DNA of 64,000 nt. It comes from an uncultured virus (IMG/VR IMGVR_UViG_3300044712_002657). Taxonomy: Duplodnaviria > Heunggongvirae > Uroviricota > Caudoviricetes. The DNA is taken from the IMG/VR virus record IMGVR_UViG_3300044712_002657, one strand, 5' to 3'. Below, one piece after another: positions 18,192 to 28,391 of this stretch. A model generated the notes under the pieces. The model made no database searches, was not told the origin of the DNA, and was given only the letters and a program-made list of their open reading frames with translations. The first letter of the stretch is position 1. The number at the start of each line of letters is the position of its first letter. Made by a program: the position numbers and the translations under genes.

Positions 18192-20764
18192 TAGAACGAG
18201 AGTCCGGTACCTGGAACTCCTTCGCCAACACCTGTCGCTTCCGAAGACAAAGCCTTTCGACGCTTCGGGGCTTTCTTAACAGCCTCAAGCTTCGAGATTT
18301 TGAACTCCAGCTTGTCCTCACTCTCGGATTTGACGATCTCGACTTCCGAACCAGACTGTACGGTACCGCGAATGATGCATTCGCTCAGTGCATTTTCAAT
18401 GTACTTTTCGACGGACCTCCGCAACTGCCTTGCGCCCGACGCCGGATCGAAACCCTTTTGGAACAAGAATTCGCGGGCCGGCGTTGAAAGCTTAAGATGG
18501 ATCTGTTTCTGCCGCGAACGCTTTGCAATAGCCTCAACTTCGAGATCCACAATCTTGTAAATGTCTTCCTTGCTCAAGGGCTTGAAGATCACCATGTCGT
18601 CGAGACGGTTGATGAACTCCGGTCGAAACTCTTGATCAACTGCTTCGCGCAGGCGACGCTTTATGTTCTCGTAAGTCGTTTGATCATCCTTCTTTGCAAA
18701 GCCAAGCGTCGGAGAATTGCGAATTGCACCCGAGCCGACATTGGACGTCATGATGATGATCGTATTGCGGAAATCAACAGTGCGTCCCTGACTGTCCGTA
18801 AGGCGACCGTCCTCGAAAACCTGCAACAGGACGTTGAAAATGTCCGGATGTGCTTTTTCGATCTCGTCGAACAGGATGATGCTGTACGGACGGCGACGAA
18901 CTTTTTCTGTCAATTGACCGCCGTCTTCAAAGCCGATGTAGCCCGGAGGAGCACCAATCAATCGGGCAACCGCGTGTTTTTCCATTAGTTCGGACATATC
19001 GACACGGATCAGCGCATCTTGAGAACCGAACAAGTATTCCGCCAACGCCTTCGCCAACAACGTTTTGCCGACGCCTGTCGGACCAAGGAACATCAATACG
19101 GCCGCAGGACGTTGCGGGTCCTTCAATCCGGCGCGGGAACGCCGCAGGGCGAAGGAAACAGAAGATACAGCCTCTTCTTGGCTGACAACACGTTTGTGCA
19201 GTTCTGCTTCCATTTGCAGAAGTTTCGCGGACTCTCCGGCAGCGATCGCGTTCAAGGGGACGCCAGTCATGCCCGAAACAACTTCTCGAATGACCTCGAC
19301 AGTTACTTCTCCCGAGGAATTCTTGGCAGTGTAACTCTCTAGAAACTTCTTGATCTTGAGTTCACGCTTGACCAACTCTGCCGCCAACTCGTATTTCTGT
19401 TTGCCAACAGCTTTTTCTTTCGCGATAGCGAATTTATCTACCAGTTTTCGTAGCTCAGCGATATCGAATCCGTTGCCTCTTTCCAGGCGAACCTTTGCGC
19501 CAGCCTCGTCAATCGCGTCAATCGCCTTGTCCGGAAGGGCGCGACCAGTCATGTAGCGGGCTGTCAAGGCGACGGCTTCCTTGATAGCTTCGTCCCCAAT
19601 CGTTACGTTGTGATGACTCTCGTAGTGCTTCTTCAGCCCCGAAAGGATTTCGCAGGCGTATTCTTCGTTTGGCTCGTCAACAATGATCGGCTGGAACCTT
19701 CGCTCCAAAGCACTGTCTTTCTCGATGTACTTGCGGTATTCCGTCAGCGTCGTCGCCCCGATGCATTGCAACTCGCCGCGAGCCAATGCTGGTTTAAGCA
19801 AGTTGCTGGCGTCGGTAGTACCTTCTGCGCTACCTGCCCCGACGAGCGTTTGCAGTTCGTCAATGAACAGGATGACCTCGCGGCTCTTCTGGATCTCGTT
19901 GACGATTGCCTTCAGTCTCTCTTCGAACTGCCCGCGATACTTCGTATTCGCGACCATTGCAGCGACATCCAGTTCGACGATTCTCTTGTTGGAAAGGATG
20001 TCTGGAGCTTTGTTGTCGACAATGAGTTGCGCCAACCCCTCAACAATTGCTGTCTTGCCGACGCCCGCTTCGCCAATCAAAACGGCATTGTTCTTCTTGC
20101 GCCGTGCCAAGACTTGCGAAATACGGGTAGTCTCACGGGTACGTCCTACGCAAGGATCGAGCTTCCCTTCTCTTGCCAAGGTCGTAATGTCTCGACTGAA
20201 CAGATCAAGGGTCGGTGTATTGGACTTTCCCTTCGGTTTTGGCTTGGCTGTTGGAGCAGGCGTCGTCGACGCACCGCTATGAACTGCTTCTTCTTCATGC
20301 TCTGGCATCGTTGTAGGGGTATCGTCTTCCTTACATCCCAAGAAGCGCAGGACTTCGTCCCGCATTCTCTCCGGAGGAATACCGAGGGCGGCAACGACTT
20401 TTGACGCAGTACATTCCTGCTTAAGGATTGCCAGCAAGAGATGTTCGGTCCCGATATAGTTGTGCGATAGCTGTTTAGACTCATCATGAGCCTTCTGCAA
20501 GGTGTCCTTTGCCGAATTGGTCAGTAGCAATTGTCCAACGACCTTGGTTTCTGATTCCGGTTTGTTAAGCTTCGCAATCTCGGCTCGAACCGCATCAAGC
20601 TTTACGGCCATGTTTTCCAACACGTTTGCCGCTACGCCCGTCGCCTCCCTGATAAGCCCGACCAACAAGTGCTCTGTCCCGACATAGTCATGGTTCATCC
20701 GCTCCGCTTCGTCCCTTGCCAACTGGACGGCTTTTCTTGCTCTATCAGTGTAACGTTCGAACAT
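18191..20764 (-). CDS. clpC: ClpC-type AAA+ unfoldase
   Basis: Two Clp-N repeats (GTEHLL), D1 GEAGVGKT/FIDE, UVR-like middle domain (YELAAEL), D2 GPTGVGKT/LFDEIEKAH, and an LGF ClpP-docking loop. Confidence 0.93.
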   Translation of the reverse strand: MFERYTDRARKAVQLARDEAERMNHDYVGTEHLLVGLIREATGVAANVLENMAVKLDAVRAEIAKLNKPESETKVVGQLLLTNSAKDTLQKAHDESKQLSHNYIGTEHLLLAILKQECTASKVVAALGIPPERMRDEVLRFLGCKEDDTPTTMPEHEEEAVHSGASTTPAPTAKPKPKGKSNTPTLDLFSRDITTLAREGKLDPCVGRTRETTRISQVLARRKKNNAVLIGEAGVGKTAIVEGLAQLIVDNKAPDILSNKRIVELDVAAMVANTKYRGQFEERLKAIVNEIQKSREVILFIDELQTLVGAGSAEGTTDASNLLKPALARGELQCIGATTLTEYRKYIEKDSALERRFQPIIVDEPNEEYACEILSGLKKHYESHHNVTIGDEAIKEAVALTARYMTGRALPDKAIDAIDEAGAKVRLERGNGFDIAELRKLVDKFAIAKEKAVGKQKYELAAELVKRELKIKKFLESYTAKNSSGEVTVEVIREVVSGMTGVPLNAIAAGESAKLLQMEAELHKRVVSQEEAVSSVSFALRRSRAGLKDPQRPAAVLMFLGPTGVGKTLLAKALAEYLFGSQDALIRVDMSELMEKHAVARLIGAPPGYIGFEDGGQLTEKVRRRPYSIILFDEIEKAHPDIFNVLLQVFEDGRLTDSQGRTVDFRNTIIIMTSNVGSGAIRNSPTLGFAKKDDQTTYENIKRRLREAVDQEFRPEFINRLDDMVIFKPLSKEDIYKIVDLEVEAIAKRSRQKQIHLKLSTPAREFLFQKGFDPASGARQLRRSVEKYIENALSECIIRGTVQSGSEVEIVKSESEDKLEFKISKLEAVKKAPKRRKALSSEATGVGEGVPGTGLSF

Positions 20765-20808
20765 GGTTCAATTCCTCTTGCCTAGATGCGACACTCTCAA
20801 CTGCCGAC

Positions 20809-20836
20809 ATTATGGCATTACGCACCCAAAAGTCAA
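20809..20836 (-). promoter_or_regulatory. sigma70-type promoter TTGACT-N16-CATAAT upstream of clpC
   Basis: Intergenic with 16-nt spacing. Confidence 0.65.
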
Positions 20837-20853
20837 GTGCAATCCTGAACGGA

Positions 20854-21078
20854 TTATACGTCGAGGTTTTTTGCGAACTTGCAGTTTTGGAGGACCCATT
20901 GAGCAACAGCCATGCTTCCGGGTCTGTCCGCTAGGTGAAGTTGGGACATTTCATCAATTTGAGGCGGGGTTATGGTTCCGGTTCCAGGCACAGGAATTTG
21001 TTCGTTAATGAACCTGTACTCGCCAACGGGTCGTTGCAAGTTGCGTCGCCTTCTGTTTTTTGGAAGTGGCGGAATCAT
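20854..21078 (-). CDS. Possible small hypothetical protein
   Basis: 74-aa ORF fills the gap; no clear SD. Confidence 0.35.
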   Translation of the reverse strand: MIPPLPKNRRRRNLQRPVGEYRFINEQIPVPGTGTITPPQIDEMSQLHLADRPGSMAVAQWVLQNCKFAKNLDV

Positions 21079-21097
21079 AATGCTTTTTTCTGCATTC

Positions 21098-21123
21098 AAG
21101 GGTTTGATTCCTGCTTTCCAGAA
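21098..21123 (+). promoter_or_regulatory. Putative late promoter AAGG-N19-GAA
   Basis: Same motif and spacing recur at several other intergenic sites. Confidence 0.7.
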
Positions 21124-21145
21124 GCATGATACAGGAGGAATTCCA

Positions 21146-21379
21146 ATGTGCGGATGCAATAATCAGCCAACAAGACCCATGCCGCGCTCCACGGTTCCAG
21201 CCATGAAGCCAGCCCCGAAGCGTCCAGCTACAACCGCCGTCAAAATCCGAGAAGGCGACAAATTCTGCAAGGTTTGCGGATGGGCGTTAAAAAAGTCCGT
21301 TCATACCAATTCCGCCAACAACTCAACCACAACAAAGGTATCATGTACCAACAGGATGTGCTCCAACTATTTCGCATAA
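21146..21379 (+). CDS. Small Cys-containing protein (MCGC..CKVC..CTNRMC)
   Basis: AGGAGG SD; zinc-ribbon-like Cys pairs. Confidence 0.7.
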   Translation: MCGCNNQPTRPMPRSTVPAMKPAPKRPATTAVKIREGDKFCKVCGWALKKSVHTNSANNSTTTKVSCTNRMCSNYFA

Positions 21380-21388
21380 GGTACGCAA

Positions 21389-21730
21389 ATGGAACTACTT
21401 GATCTGTTTTTGTTGGTACTTGCCGTCGAAAACGCAGCCGATATTCTGACTGGCGTCGACCTTCTTTCCGGCTTTCGGAACTGGTTTACGGCACTTTTCC
21501 CGAGATTCGGGAAGATTGCAATTTGCAAGTACTGCCAAACCTTTTGGCTGACGCCGTTGTTCTTTTTCGTATTGCCAAAATGGGTGTGGATATGGTTTGC
21601 CGTTCACAGGCTTGCAATTCTTCTTGCTGAGTTCGCGGAGAGATACCTCGGACGGTCGCCCATTTCGATCTTTGTTCAGCAACCTACTGCGCCAGAGGTA
21701 GTTCCGGATTCTGAGTCTTCAGAAAAGTAA
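21389..21730 (+). CDS. Small membrane protein, DUF1360-like
   Basis: Hydrophobic segments and a CKYCQTFW motif. Confidence 0.6.
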   Translation: MELLDLFLLVLAVENAADILTGVDLLSGFRNWFTALFPRFGKIAICKYCQTFWLTPLFFFVLPKWVWIWFAVHRLAILLAEFAERYLGRSPISIFVQQPTAPEVVPDSESSEK

Positions 21731-22208
21731 TTTCGTTGGTCAAAGAATCGAAATAGTAAAGCCTGCTGATAAACGAGAACAATTCCCTCGTATTTCCGTC
21801 ACGAATGTCTGCGACGTAGGGTATCTGTTTGATGCCAATGGTATTTATCAAGTTGAACACTGTAGCTATTCTAAGCCTCTCGAAGCTGACTTCGTCCTGA
21901 CGCGATATCGGATCAAAGTTCTGCCACGGGCTTTTTCTGTCGAATTCGTTCCCGACCAAAACAACTGTACTTCCGGCATTAAGGGATATGAACTCGAAGT
22001 TGACAGCACGGTCCGCCGTATCGCTGGAATAACGAACCAGCCCTGCCGCGTCCAATGGGTCGGCGCAATGCTTCCCATCTGCGACAATTGCATCGCGCGC
22101 TTGCAAAAGTATCGGGAACAACGCTTCCAGACTGTCCGTACTGACGACGACAATCTCGCCTTCGCTGAAAGTCAGAGCCTCTTGAGTAACAAATTCTTGC
22201 GGTGTCAT
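21684..22208 (-). CDS. Hypothetical protein at the end of the tail operon
   Basis: 174 aa, TAATG coupling with the upstream gene. Confidence 0.65.
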   Translation of the reverse strand: MTPQEFVTQEALTFSEGEIVVVSTDSLEALFPILLQARDAIVADGKHCADPLDAAGLVRYSSDTADRAVNFEFISLNAGSTVVLVGNEFDRKSPWQNFDPISRQDEVSFERLRIATVFNLINTIGIKQIPYVADIRDGNTRELFSFISRLYYFDSLTNEITFLKTQNPELPLAQ

Positions 22209-25200
22209 TAGGCGCTCACAATAAGATTGCCAGTTGAAAGAACACGGACATCGTTCGGAGCGATCATGTTCGCCATGCCAAACTGGAAGAAAACGTTTCC
22301 GTCGTCATCGAGTTTGACGATACGTCCGTTGGAAACCTCGGTCCCGTTGATAAACTTCTCAACCAGAACCAAGTTGTCATTCGCGTCCAGTTGAACGTCT
22401 GCCGGATATCCATTGTCCGCAGTAAGTTGTTGCCGAACAACCCGTCCAGAACTCTTTTCGATAGTCTTGATGATTCCCATACGGCTTTTCAGCACGTCAA
22501 CAGCCGTCGTCGGCGTCGTATTCGATGTAGAAGTCGGTGTTATGCCTGCCAAAACTACATAGGCAGAGTTGAGTTCTACGGCACCGCCAAGAGTAATCGT
22601 AGAGAAATCGACAGAGTTATCGGAGAAGACGATGGAACTCGCTATAGGGTCAATCTCTACAAGCGAAAGGATGTTATCCTTCGATTCTCCGGTTGCTGGA
22701 TCGATACTCCCTGAGAACAATAAAGGCTTCGCGTTGCAAACGAGCCAATCCCCCTCACTTGTCCGCGAAACGGAGATTGGTCTATAAATGCCGGACAAGA
22801 AGGCGATATCCCCAACGAAGATTTTCATACCTCTGGTCGTCAACAGCGATGCGTAGTTGGTATTTGAGACGTCAACGCCGCCCGAGATGGCATCAGACTC
22901 CATCTGGAGGTATAACGACGTATTTTCAGAAGAATTGCTTACATATGCGTCGATTTGAGAAGCGTGAGCCGCGCCTAAAACAACAACGGAAACATTGCTC
23001 GTCGATTGATTTGTATTAGATACAAGGACACTTCCCAATACGTCGGAACTCTTCGAGAGCCTCATTGACAATCCAGCACCGGATATGACGATCTTGCTTA
23101 CATCAAGCGTAGAAGTACTAACGTTGCTCGACCATGCGATGTAGAGCTTCTTCTGGCTTGAGTTGTAGTAGACGCAAAGAGGATACGTATCAGTTACATT
23201 CTTGACGTTGTTGGATACGAAGCCTTTGATCAGCTTACCGTCTACGTCCAAAAGCAAAACACGGTCGTTCATCGTGTCCGCAATGAGATAGGACCTGTCC
23301 GGAAGTCTTTCCACAGCAGATACTGTATCAAACGAACTCTCTCCCGACATGCCTACGGCGGCCTGCATAGGAGCTATCGGCATTTTAGATCCGCCGAAGC
23401 CTGCCGTAACATGATCGATTACCGTCGTCGCTCCGGTTCCAGACAGACCTACTTGTTGAACCGTTCTTTTCGTTGCATATACAATATCGCCCGTAGTCAA
23501 CGGAGAGGTAATCAGAACGTTGCCTGGTGATTCAATGGTTGCGTTTTCCAGCTTCGAAGCACGTTGGAAGTCCGAAACCGAGTCAAACGAGAAGCCATCT
23601 CCGGTTTCGGAACTTGTCATGTAGGTTACAGCAATGGTCCGTATGACCGGAGTCGCCAACTTGTCGTTAGGAGACGTCAAAGCGAGTTCAAACTCGATAG
23701 CTTTATTATTGGTTACATTTGGATCGCCTGGCGTGCTTATAAAGGCGGAGAAAACGGAAGCCGAGCTTTGGTCAAAGACTTCGTAGCTATTGGCGGTTCG
23801 CGCCCGAGCTTGGATAGTACCTCCGTTTGTATCACCAGTCCAACTCAACGTCGTCCATTGCGTAGTCTGCGGCATAAGCAGCCGGAAACGGATTCTCCCA
23901 CTTTGGCTATAGTAGAGGTTGTTGTTTAGTTTGATGCTGTCCAAATTGACTACGAACGCACTCAAGTCCCACCCCAAGTCGCCTGTCTCTGTATATATCC
24001 GAATGGCGTCAACTACGGAAACGTCTACATCTGAAATATCGTGCGTTATGCCTCTGAATCCAGCGGTAATCTCGTTCGTATCCAAGAGCATGAACGAATC
24101 GACTTCTTCATAGGTGTCGTTTACCTTCTTCAGGATCTGAAACATCAACTTCCCATGATAGGCTGAGGTAGTCTGGATGCTGATTTCGATTTGGCTGTAA
24201 CTGCTCCAACTTTGGGATGTATCGAAAACCCTAGTCGCCTGCAACCGCATTTGCTGGGATACTGACAGCTTACCGCTATACTCTCCGTCAACACTAACAG
24301 AGTTATCACTCTTAAAAGTAGTTGCGTCTTGAGCAGGGACCGTTTCGACTGTCCAGTCCGTTAGGTCAACACTGTTTGCGAATACGTTGTCGAAACTTTC
24401 GACGATTACCGGAACGGACGGCTTAGTCAGTTTGACGAACGCCCCGCTAAGATCCTCCCCAATCTCGACATCGCTTTTTAGCTTGGCGGACTGGAAGGCG
24501 ACTTTTGTGTCGTAAGTTGTTGTTGTTAGCGAACCAGCTTCGCAAGTAACGCCCGAGATCGTATGGTTCGTTGGATCGATGTTGGCAGTTGTATTCGTAT
24601 AATCGATGAAATCATCAGGCGTTATGCCAGGGATCATGATCAGGGTATTCGTAGCAAACTCGTCAACTCCAGACCAACTGTGCTTGACAGCCATGTAAAG
24701 CTGAAGCATGTTTACGGCGGACAGTTCTCCTAACAACCGAACGTTGCCATCTCCGATGTTTCGGACGAGGGAGTCAAGTTGAGGATGGGTCAACGTTCCG
24801 CTGTGCTCAAGATCCTCGTGATTCAGCATTGGCAGACGAGACGGACTCAGCCTGCCGCTCTGGACAGTGCTGGCATCCAGGTTGGCTACCCTGTAACCTG
24901 GAAGGCGACCTGTAACTTCGGTCGCTAAATCGATCTTAGTCGGGTTCAAGTCGCCGCCACGGTGTTTGTGGGATTTGATCAAATCTTTGATGGTCTCGAT
25001 AAAACTGATGTCTTGCCTGACCGTCGCATCAACGCTGGTTACAGAGGTTGCGCTGGTCTGAACCTTGGCGAGAAGGACTTGTTGACCACCAGTAAACTGG
25101 ACCGTGTCACCAAAGAAGAATACCGACCTGTCAAATCTTGTATTCGGCGTCGCCTGCGCGTAGATATAGTTGACGGAGTTCGGGACCAGAGAGCTTACCG

Positions 25201-25438
25201 TCCTTGTATCGTCCGTAGAGGCTGCCATGAAGTCGATATGACCGCGCCCGGGCGAGATGGCGACAGCGAGACCGCCTCCAGCAGCAACGTCCCAACCAGA
25301 GACCACACCGTTGGAGAATACCTGGAAAAGCCCGAGCAGTTGCCTGTCGATTACCAAAAAGCGACGGCTGTCCTCTAATGGGTCAAGCGGCTGTCCGGCT
25401 TCTACGGCACCGAGTCTGTATTTGTCAGTATAGAACAT
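22208..25438 (-). CDS. Large virion structural protein (tail tip/fibre-base type, beta-rich, C-terminal propeller-like repeats)
   Basis: 1076 aa, Ser/Thr-rich; NGVVSGW.V..GGL.V.ISPG.G motif; HKHRGG; LIADTMNDRV; located downstream of the tape measure gene. Confidence 0.7.
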   Translation of the reverse strand: MFYTDKYRLGAVEAGQPLDPLEDSRRFLVIDRQLLGLFQVFSNGVVSGWDVAAGGGLAVAISPGRGHIDFMAASTDDTRTVSSLVPNSVNYIYAQATPNTRFDRSVFFFGDTVQFTGGQQVLLAKVQTSATSVTSVDATVRQDISFIETIKDLIKSHKHRGGDLNPTKIDLATEVTGRLPGYRVANLDASTVQSGRLSPSRLPMLNHEDLEHSGTLTHPQLDSLVRNIGDGNVRLLGELSAVNMLQLYMAVKHSWSGVDEFATNTLIMIPGITPDDFIDYTNTTANIDPTNHTISGVTCEAGSLTTTTYDTKVAFQSAKLKSDVEIGEDLSGAFVKLTKPSVPVIVESFDNVFANSVDLTDWTVETVPAQDATTFKSDNSVSVDGEYSGKLSVSQQMRLQATRVFDTSQSWSSYSQIEISIQTTSAYHGKLMFQILKKVNDTYEEVDSFMLLDTNEITAGFRGITHDISDVDVSVVDAIRIYTETGDLGWDLSAFVVNLDSIKLNNNLYYSQSGRIRFRLLMPQTTQWTTLSWTGDTNGGTIQARARTANSYEVFDQSSASVFSAFISTPGDPNVTNNKAIEFELALTSPNDKLATPVIRTIAVTYMTSSETGDGFSFDSVSDFQRASKLENATIESPGNVLITSPLTTGDIVYATKRTVQQVGLSGTGATTVIDHVTAGFGGSKMPIAPMQAAVGMSGESSFDTVSAVERLPDRSYLIADTMNDRVLLLDVDGKLIKGFVSNNVKNVTDTYPLCVYYNSSQKKLYIAWSSNVSTSTLDVSKIVISGAGLSMRLSKSSDVLGSVLVSNTNQSTSNVSVVVLGAAHASQIDAYVSNSSENTSLYLQMESDAISGGVDVSNTNYASLLTTRGMKIFVGDIAFLSGIYRPISVSRTSEGDWLVCNAKPLLFSGSIDPATGESKDNILSLVEIDPIASSIVFSDNSVDFSTITLGGAVELNSAYVVLAGITPTSTSNTTPTTAVDVLKSRMGIIKTIEKSSGRVVRQQLTADNGYPADVQLDANDNLVLVEKFINGTEVSNGRIVKLDDDGNVFFQFGMANMIAPNDVRVLSTGNLIVSA

Positions 25439-25447
25439 GTTTACCTC

Positions 25448-25720
25448 TTATGGTGCGGCTACGTATATTTCGCCTACTGGACTCGCCCCAACAACAAAAT
25501 ACGGAAACCCGTTAGAATCCGACATCGCTACAACTTCTTTGGCGAGAGCGGTACCGAATCTGCCGTCAGTATTGCGCTTGCCGGACAAGCTGATGGATGT
25601 CAGGTTGTCAATTTCCTTCGCGACATGGGTCGCGATTTGCCTCTGAATCGTGCCCCTGAAGTTTTCTGGCGCGATAATGAACAAGGGTTCGGAGGTCTCT
25701 GAAGGCGGTTCGTTTTCCAT
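25448..25720 (-). CDS. Small hypothetical protein in the tail module
   Basis: TAATG overlap with the upstream gene, 90 aa. Confidence 0.6.
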   Translation of the reverse strand: MENEPPSETSEPLFIIAPENFRGTIQRQIATHVAKEIDNLTSISLSGKRNTDGRFGTALAKEVVAMSDSNGFPYFVVGASPVGEIYVAAP

Positions 25721-28389
25721 TATCTTGTAACCTTTGCTTGCGAGAAGTACCACTCGCCTTCGACACTCATCCAATAGTCGTTCGGGGAGTCGAGTCGGAG
25801 CGAGATGTTCGTAATTCTTAACTTTTGTCCATCCAACGTTATGGTATCCATGGGCTTAAGTCCAGCCCGTCCGTACGTCTCAAACCGTGCGGTTAGCGGC
25901 GGGATGAATATGCGTCGCCTGTACGTATCGAAGTATTTACCAAGAGCGGCAATGTTGCCCAAAGCAGGCTCCTGTATAAACATGTGCTTCCTGTAGCCAA
26001 GGAACCCTTCTGCTGTTGGATCAAAGATACTGCCTTCATTAACGTCAGCGACCGTCATGTATACGCCTGTTTCCTTGTCGATGGTCGATACCTGAAGGAC
26101 GTTATAGACATCATTAACAGCACGGCTGAAGCTGACACTGTTCCAAACGACCAAAGAGCCGTCGGTAGTATCTCTCGGACTTGAGACGAAGGCTGCTACG
26201 GGTGTTGTATCCTCGTCAAAGGCGATACCTCCTGGTACCGGATCATAGTGAAAGTTACCTTCATTGTCGAAATACACCAGTTTGCCGTCGAGGGTTGCTA
26301 TTCGGACGACGGCTTGTTTGTACGAGCTTCCGTCCTTGAACCTAAACATCGGTTCTTCCATGGGGTTTGCAAACGGCAATCCGAATTCATCAGGATCGTC
26401 CGGCAAGCTTGCTGCGTTCGAGCCGCCGACCAAAATCCGCCCCTCAGGGATTCCAAGTTGTTTGACGATATCTACAACAGCTTTCGATGCTTTCATTCCG
26501 TCATAGAACGGGCTGTTGACGAACTTGCCGCCTTCGAGCGCGCTCATGTAATCTTCCAACTTGAGCGTTACGATTTCTTTCTCGGCTTTGGTTTCGACCG
26601 TTGTTCCGATAGCCATGCCTTCGAAGACTTGGCGTTCCTGCCCGCCTGGATCGTTTCCAACTCCATTTTCCCACCAAGCCGAAATGCGTAAATACGTTGC
26701 GCGCCCGCTTAGGTCTCGATAGTCGGTCTTCCGCTTTCTTGGGCGATTCAAAAGTCTCAGCGATCCAGTATGTGCCATTTCGTTATAACTGGTAGCGTTC
26801 CAATTAAGTTCCAAGCCAATAACGTCGCACGAAATGTCCTCTCCGGACCCTGCGCTGCTCTTGGGCTGCGAATCGAGTTGCATCCTTGCCTGCCAAATGT
26901 ACGGGCTTCGACCATTCTTTACTACGTAGCCGTTACCTTGAGACACGTTGGAAGACCACATCCTAACCTTGATGTTGAATTCTTTCTTCCGTACTGTTCC
27001 AGAACGAGGACCGAAGGCAGGAGGATCGTCAGCCGGTTTGATCTCGGTGACCTTCAAAGTAATTTTTCTCTTTCCGCCCGGCAGCGGATCGACTGAAGCG
27101 TCCTGCTCGATGAACGTAATTACATCTTTGCCGTCGACAAGCTCGCAATCTACGGCATGGACTTCACCCTCGCCATTTCTTGCCTGTTGCGAATCTCCGC
27201 CGCCTTTAATGGAAGTTGTCGCCTTCGGTTCGTCGGAATCGCCTGGAAGAAGCGTAATGTTTTGAGAGGGGGTTACGAATGAACCTTCTTCTTTATATTG
27301 AACGGGTCTAAGAGCGAAGCCCGCTTGGACATTGCCGCTATATACGGCGAGCGGTCCCTCGCCAAGGAACAACGGCTCTTTCGAGCTTCCCATGACTGCC
27401 CAAGGTGTTTCGAACTGATTGCTCGTTATCAGCAAGCCACTGGACACTGGTTCGATTTTTACTGTAAAGAAACCGTTTTCAGGGTTAAAGAATTTCTCAC
27501 CTGTTATAGCACTGTTTTCCGAGTAAAGCTGTGCTGTAAGACCGCCTTCAGCATTTGACAGCACGTAAAATCTTGGACTCATCCCCTGAACGAACAAAAT
27601 CAGATAATGGAACGTGCTATTACCAATGCCGGTTTCAATGGCAAAGTAAGCCCTTTTAGTCAGATCGACATCAAACCCCTGAAAACGCGGCTGTAAGCTC
27701 TGTGCTTCCTCCGCCAAAGTATGGACCTGACCATCGTGATAGAACAACATCTCGAACGGCTGGTTGCGAGCGATCGCGTTCCTCATCTTGCAGCCCCAAT
27801 GAACTGCGTAAAGGGGACTAGACGTCGTCCTGATCATAAACGGCGTTAAAGGGCTGCCGTTCCTCGCGCCGTCAGGCTTCTCCTTGCGGTTGTAGGTCCA
27901 TTTAGGTGTATTGTCCGTACGCGTCGCCAACTCCGCAAAGGTCTTTGGACCTGGATTGGGCGAAGGCTGCGCATCAGACCCTTCGCCGCCAGCGTCGTCT
28001 ATGACGAAAAGATTCTCTGCAACTTGCCAAGTAAAGAAATCTTTCTCGGCACTGTCTTGAGGTCTAATCCTGTTCGCGTCGTCTGCCCTGTATTGCGCAG
28101 CATTGTCTACTAGCGAGGTTCCTGAGTCCGCCTGCGTCAAAACCGCTTCCTCTAGAAGTGTCCCGCTGGAGTCCGTAAGATGGTTATCGTAATTCCTCAA
28201 GTCCTCTTCCAAACGATATCCGTTTGTCGGGTCTGGCAAAGGCACAACGCTCTTTACCGACCCCATGGACGAGAAGTTGTCTTTGGTAAAATAATAGCCA
28301 ATGTCCTGTTGCGGACGGCACTTAAAAGGCGACTCAATGATCTTCACCGAGACCCTGGCTTTTCCGATATTGCCTGCTGGTACGCCCAT
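25720..28389 (-). CDS. Tail tip/baseplate hub-like protein
   Basis: 889 aa. C-terminal half has a hub-like pattern (VFEG..LEDY..VYFDNEGNFHY..YN.LQV..G..LKPMDTI). Second gene after the tape measure. Confidence 0.6.
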   Translation of the reverse strand: MGVPAGNIGKARVSVKIIESPFKCRPQQDIGYYFTKDNFSSMGSVKSVVPLPDPTNGYRLEEDLRNYDNHLTDSSGTLLEEAVLTQADSGTSLVDNAAQYRADDANRIRPQDSAEKDFFTWQVAENLFVIDDAGGEGSDAQPSPNPGPKTFAELATRTDNTPKWTYNRKEKPDGARNGSPLTPFMIRTTSSPLYAVHWGCKMRNAIARNQPFEMLFYHDGQVHTLAEEAQSLQPRFQGFDVDLTKRAYFAIETGIGNSTFHYLILFVQGMSPRFYVLSNAEGGLTAQLYSENSAITGEKFFNPENGFFTVKIEPVSSGLLITSNQFETPWAVMGSSKEPLFLGEGPLAVYSGNVQAGFALRPVQYKEEGSFVTPSQNITLLPGDSDEPKATTSIKGGGDSQQARNGEGEVHAVDCELVDGKDVITFIEQDASVDPLPGGKRKITLKVTEIKPADDPPAFGPRSGTVRKKEFNIKVRMWSSNVSQGNGYVVKNGRSPYIWQARMQLDSQPKSSAGSGEDISCDVIGLELNWNATSYNEMAHTGSLRLLNRPRKRKTDYRDLSGRATYLRISAWWENGVGNDPGGQERQVFEGMAIGTTVETKAEKEIVTLKLEDYMSALEGGKFVNSPFYDGMKASKAVVDIVKQLGIPEGRILVGGSNAASLPDDPDEFGLPFANPMEEPMFRFKDGSSYKQAVVRIATLDGKLVYFDNEGNFHYDPVPGGIAFDEDTTPVAAFVSSPRDTTDGSLVVWNSVSFSRAVNDVYNVLQVSTIDKETGVYMTVADVNEGSIFDPTAEGFLGYRKHMFIQEPALGNIAALGKYFDTYRRRIFIPPLTARFETYGRAGLKPMDTITLDGQKLRITNISLRLDSPNDYWMSVEGEWYFSQAKVTR

Positions 28390-28391
28390 GT

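Noticed and set aside
20765..20850. CIRCE or CtsR heat-shock operator upstream of clpC
   Set aside because: No TTAGCACTC-N9-GAGTGCTAA inverted repeat and no tandem GGTCAAA repeat.
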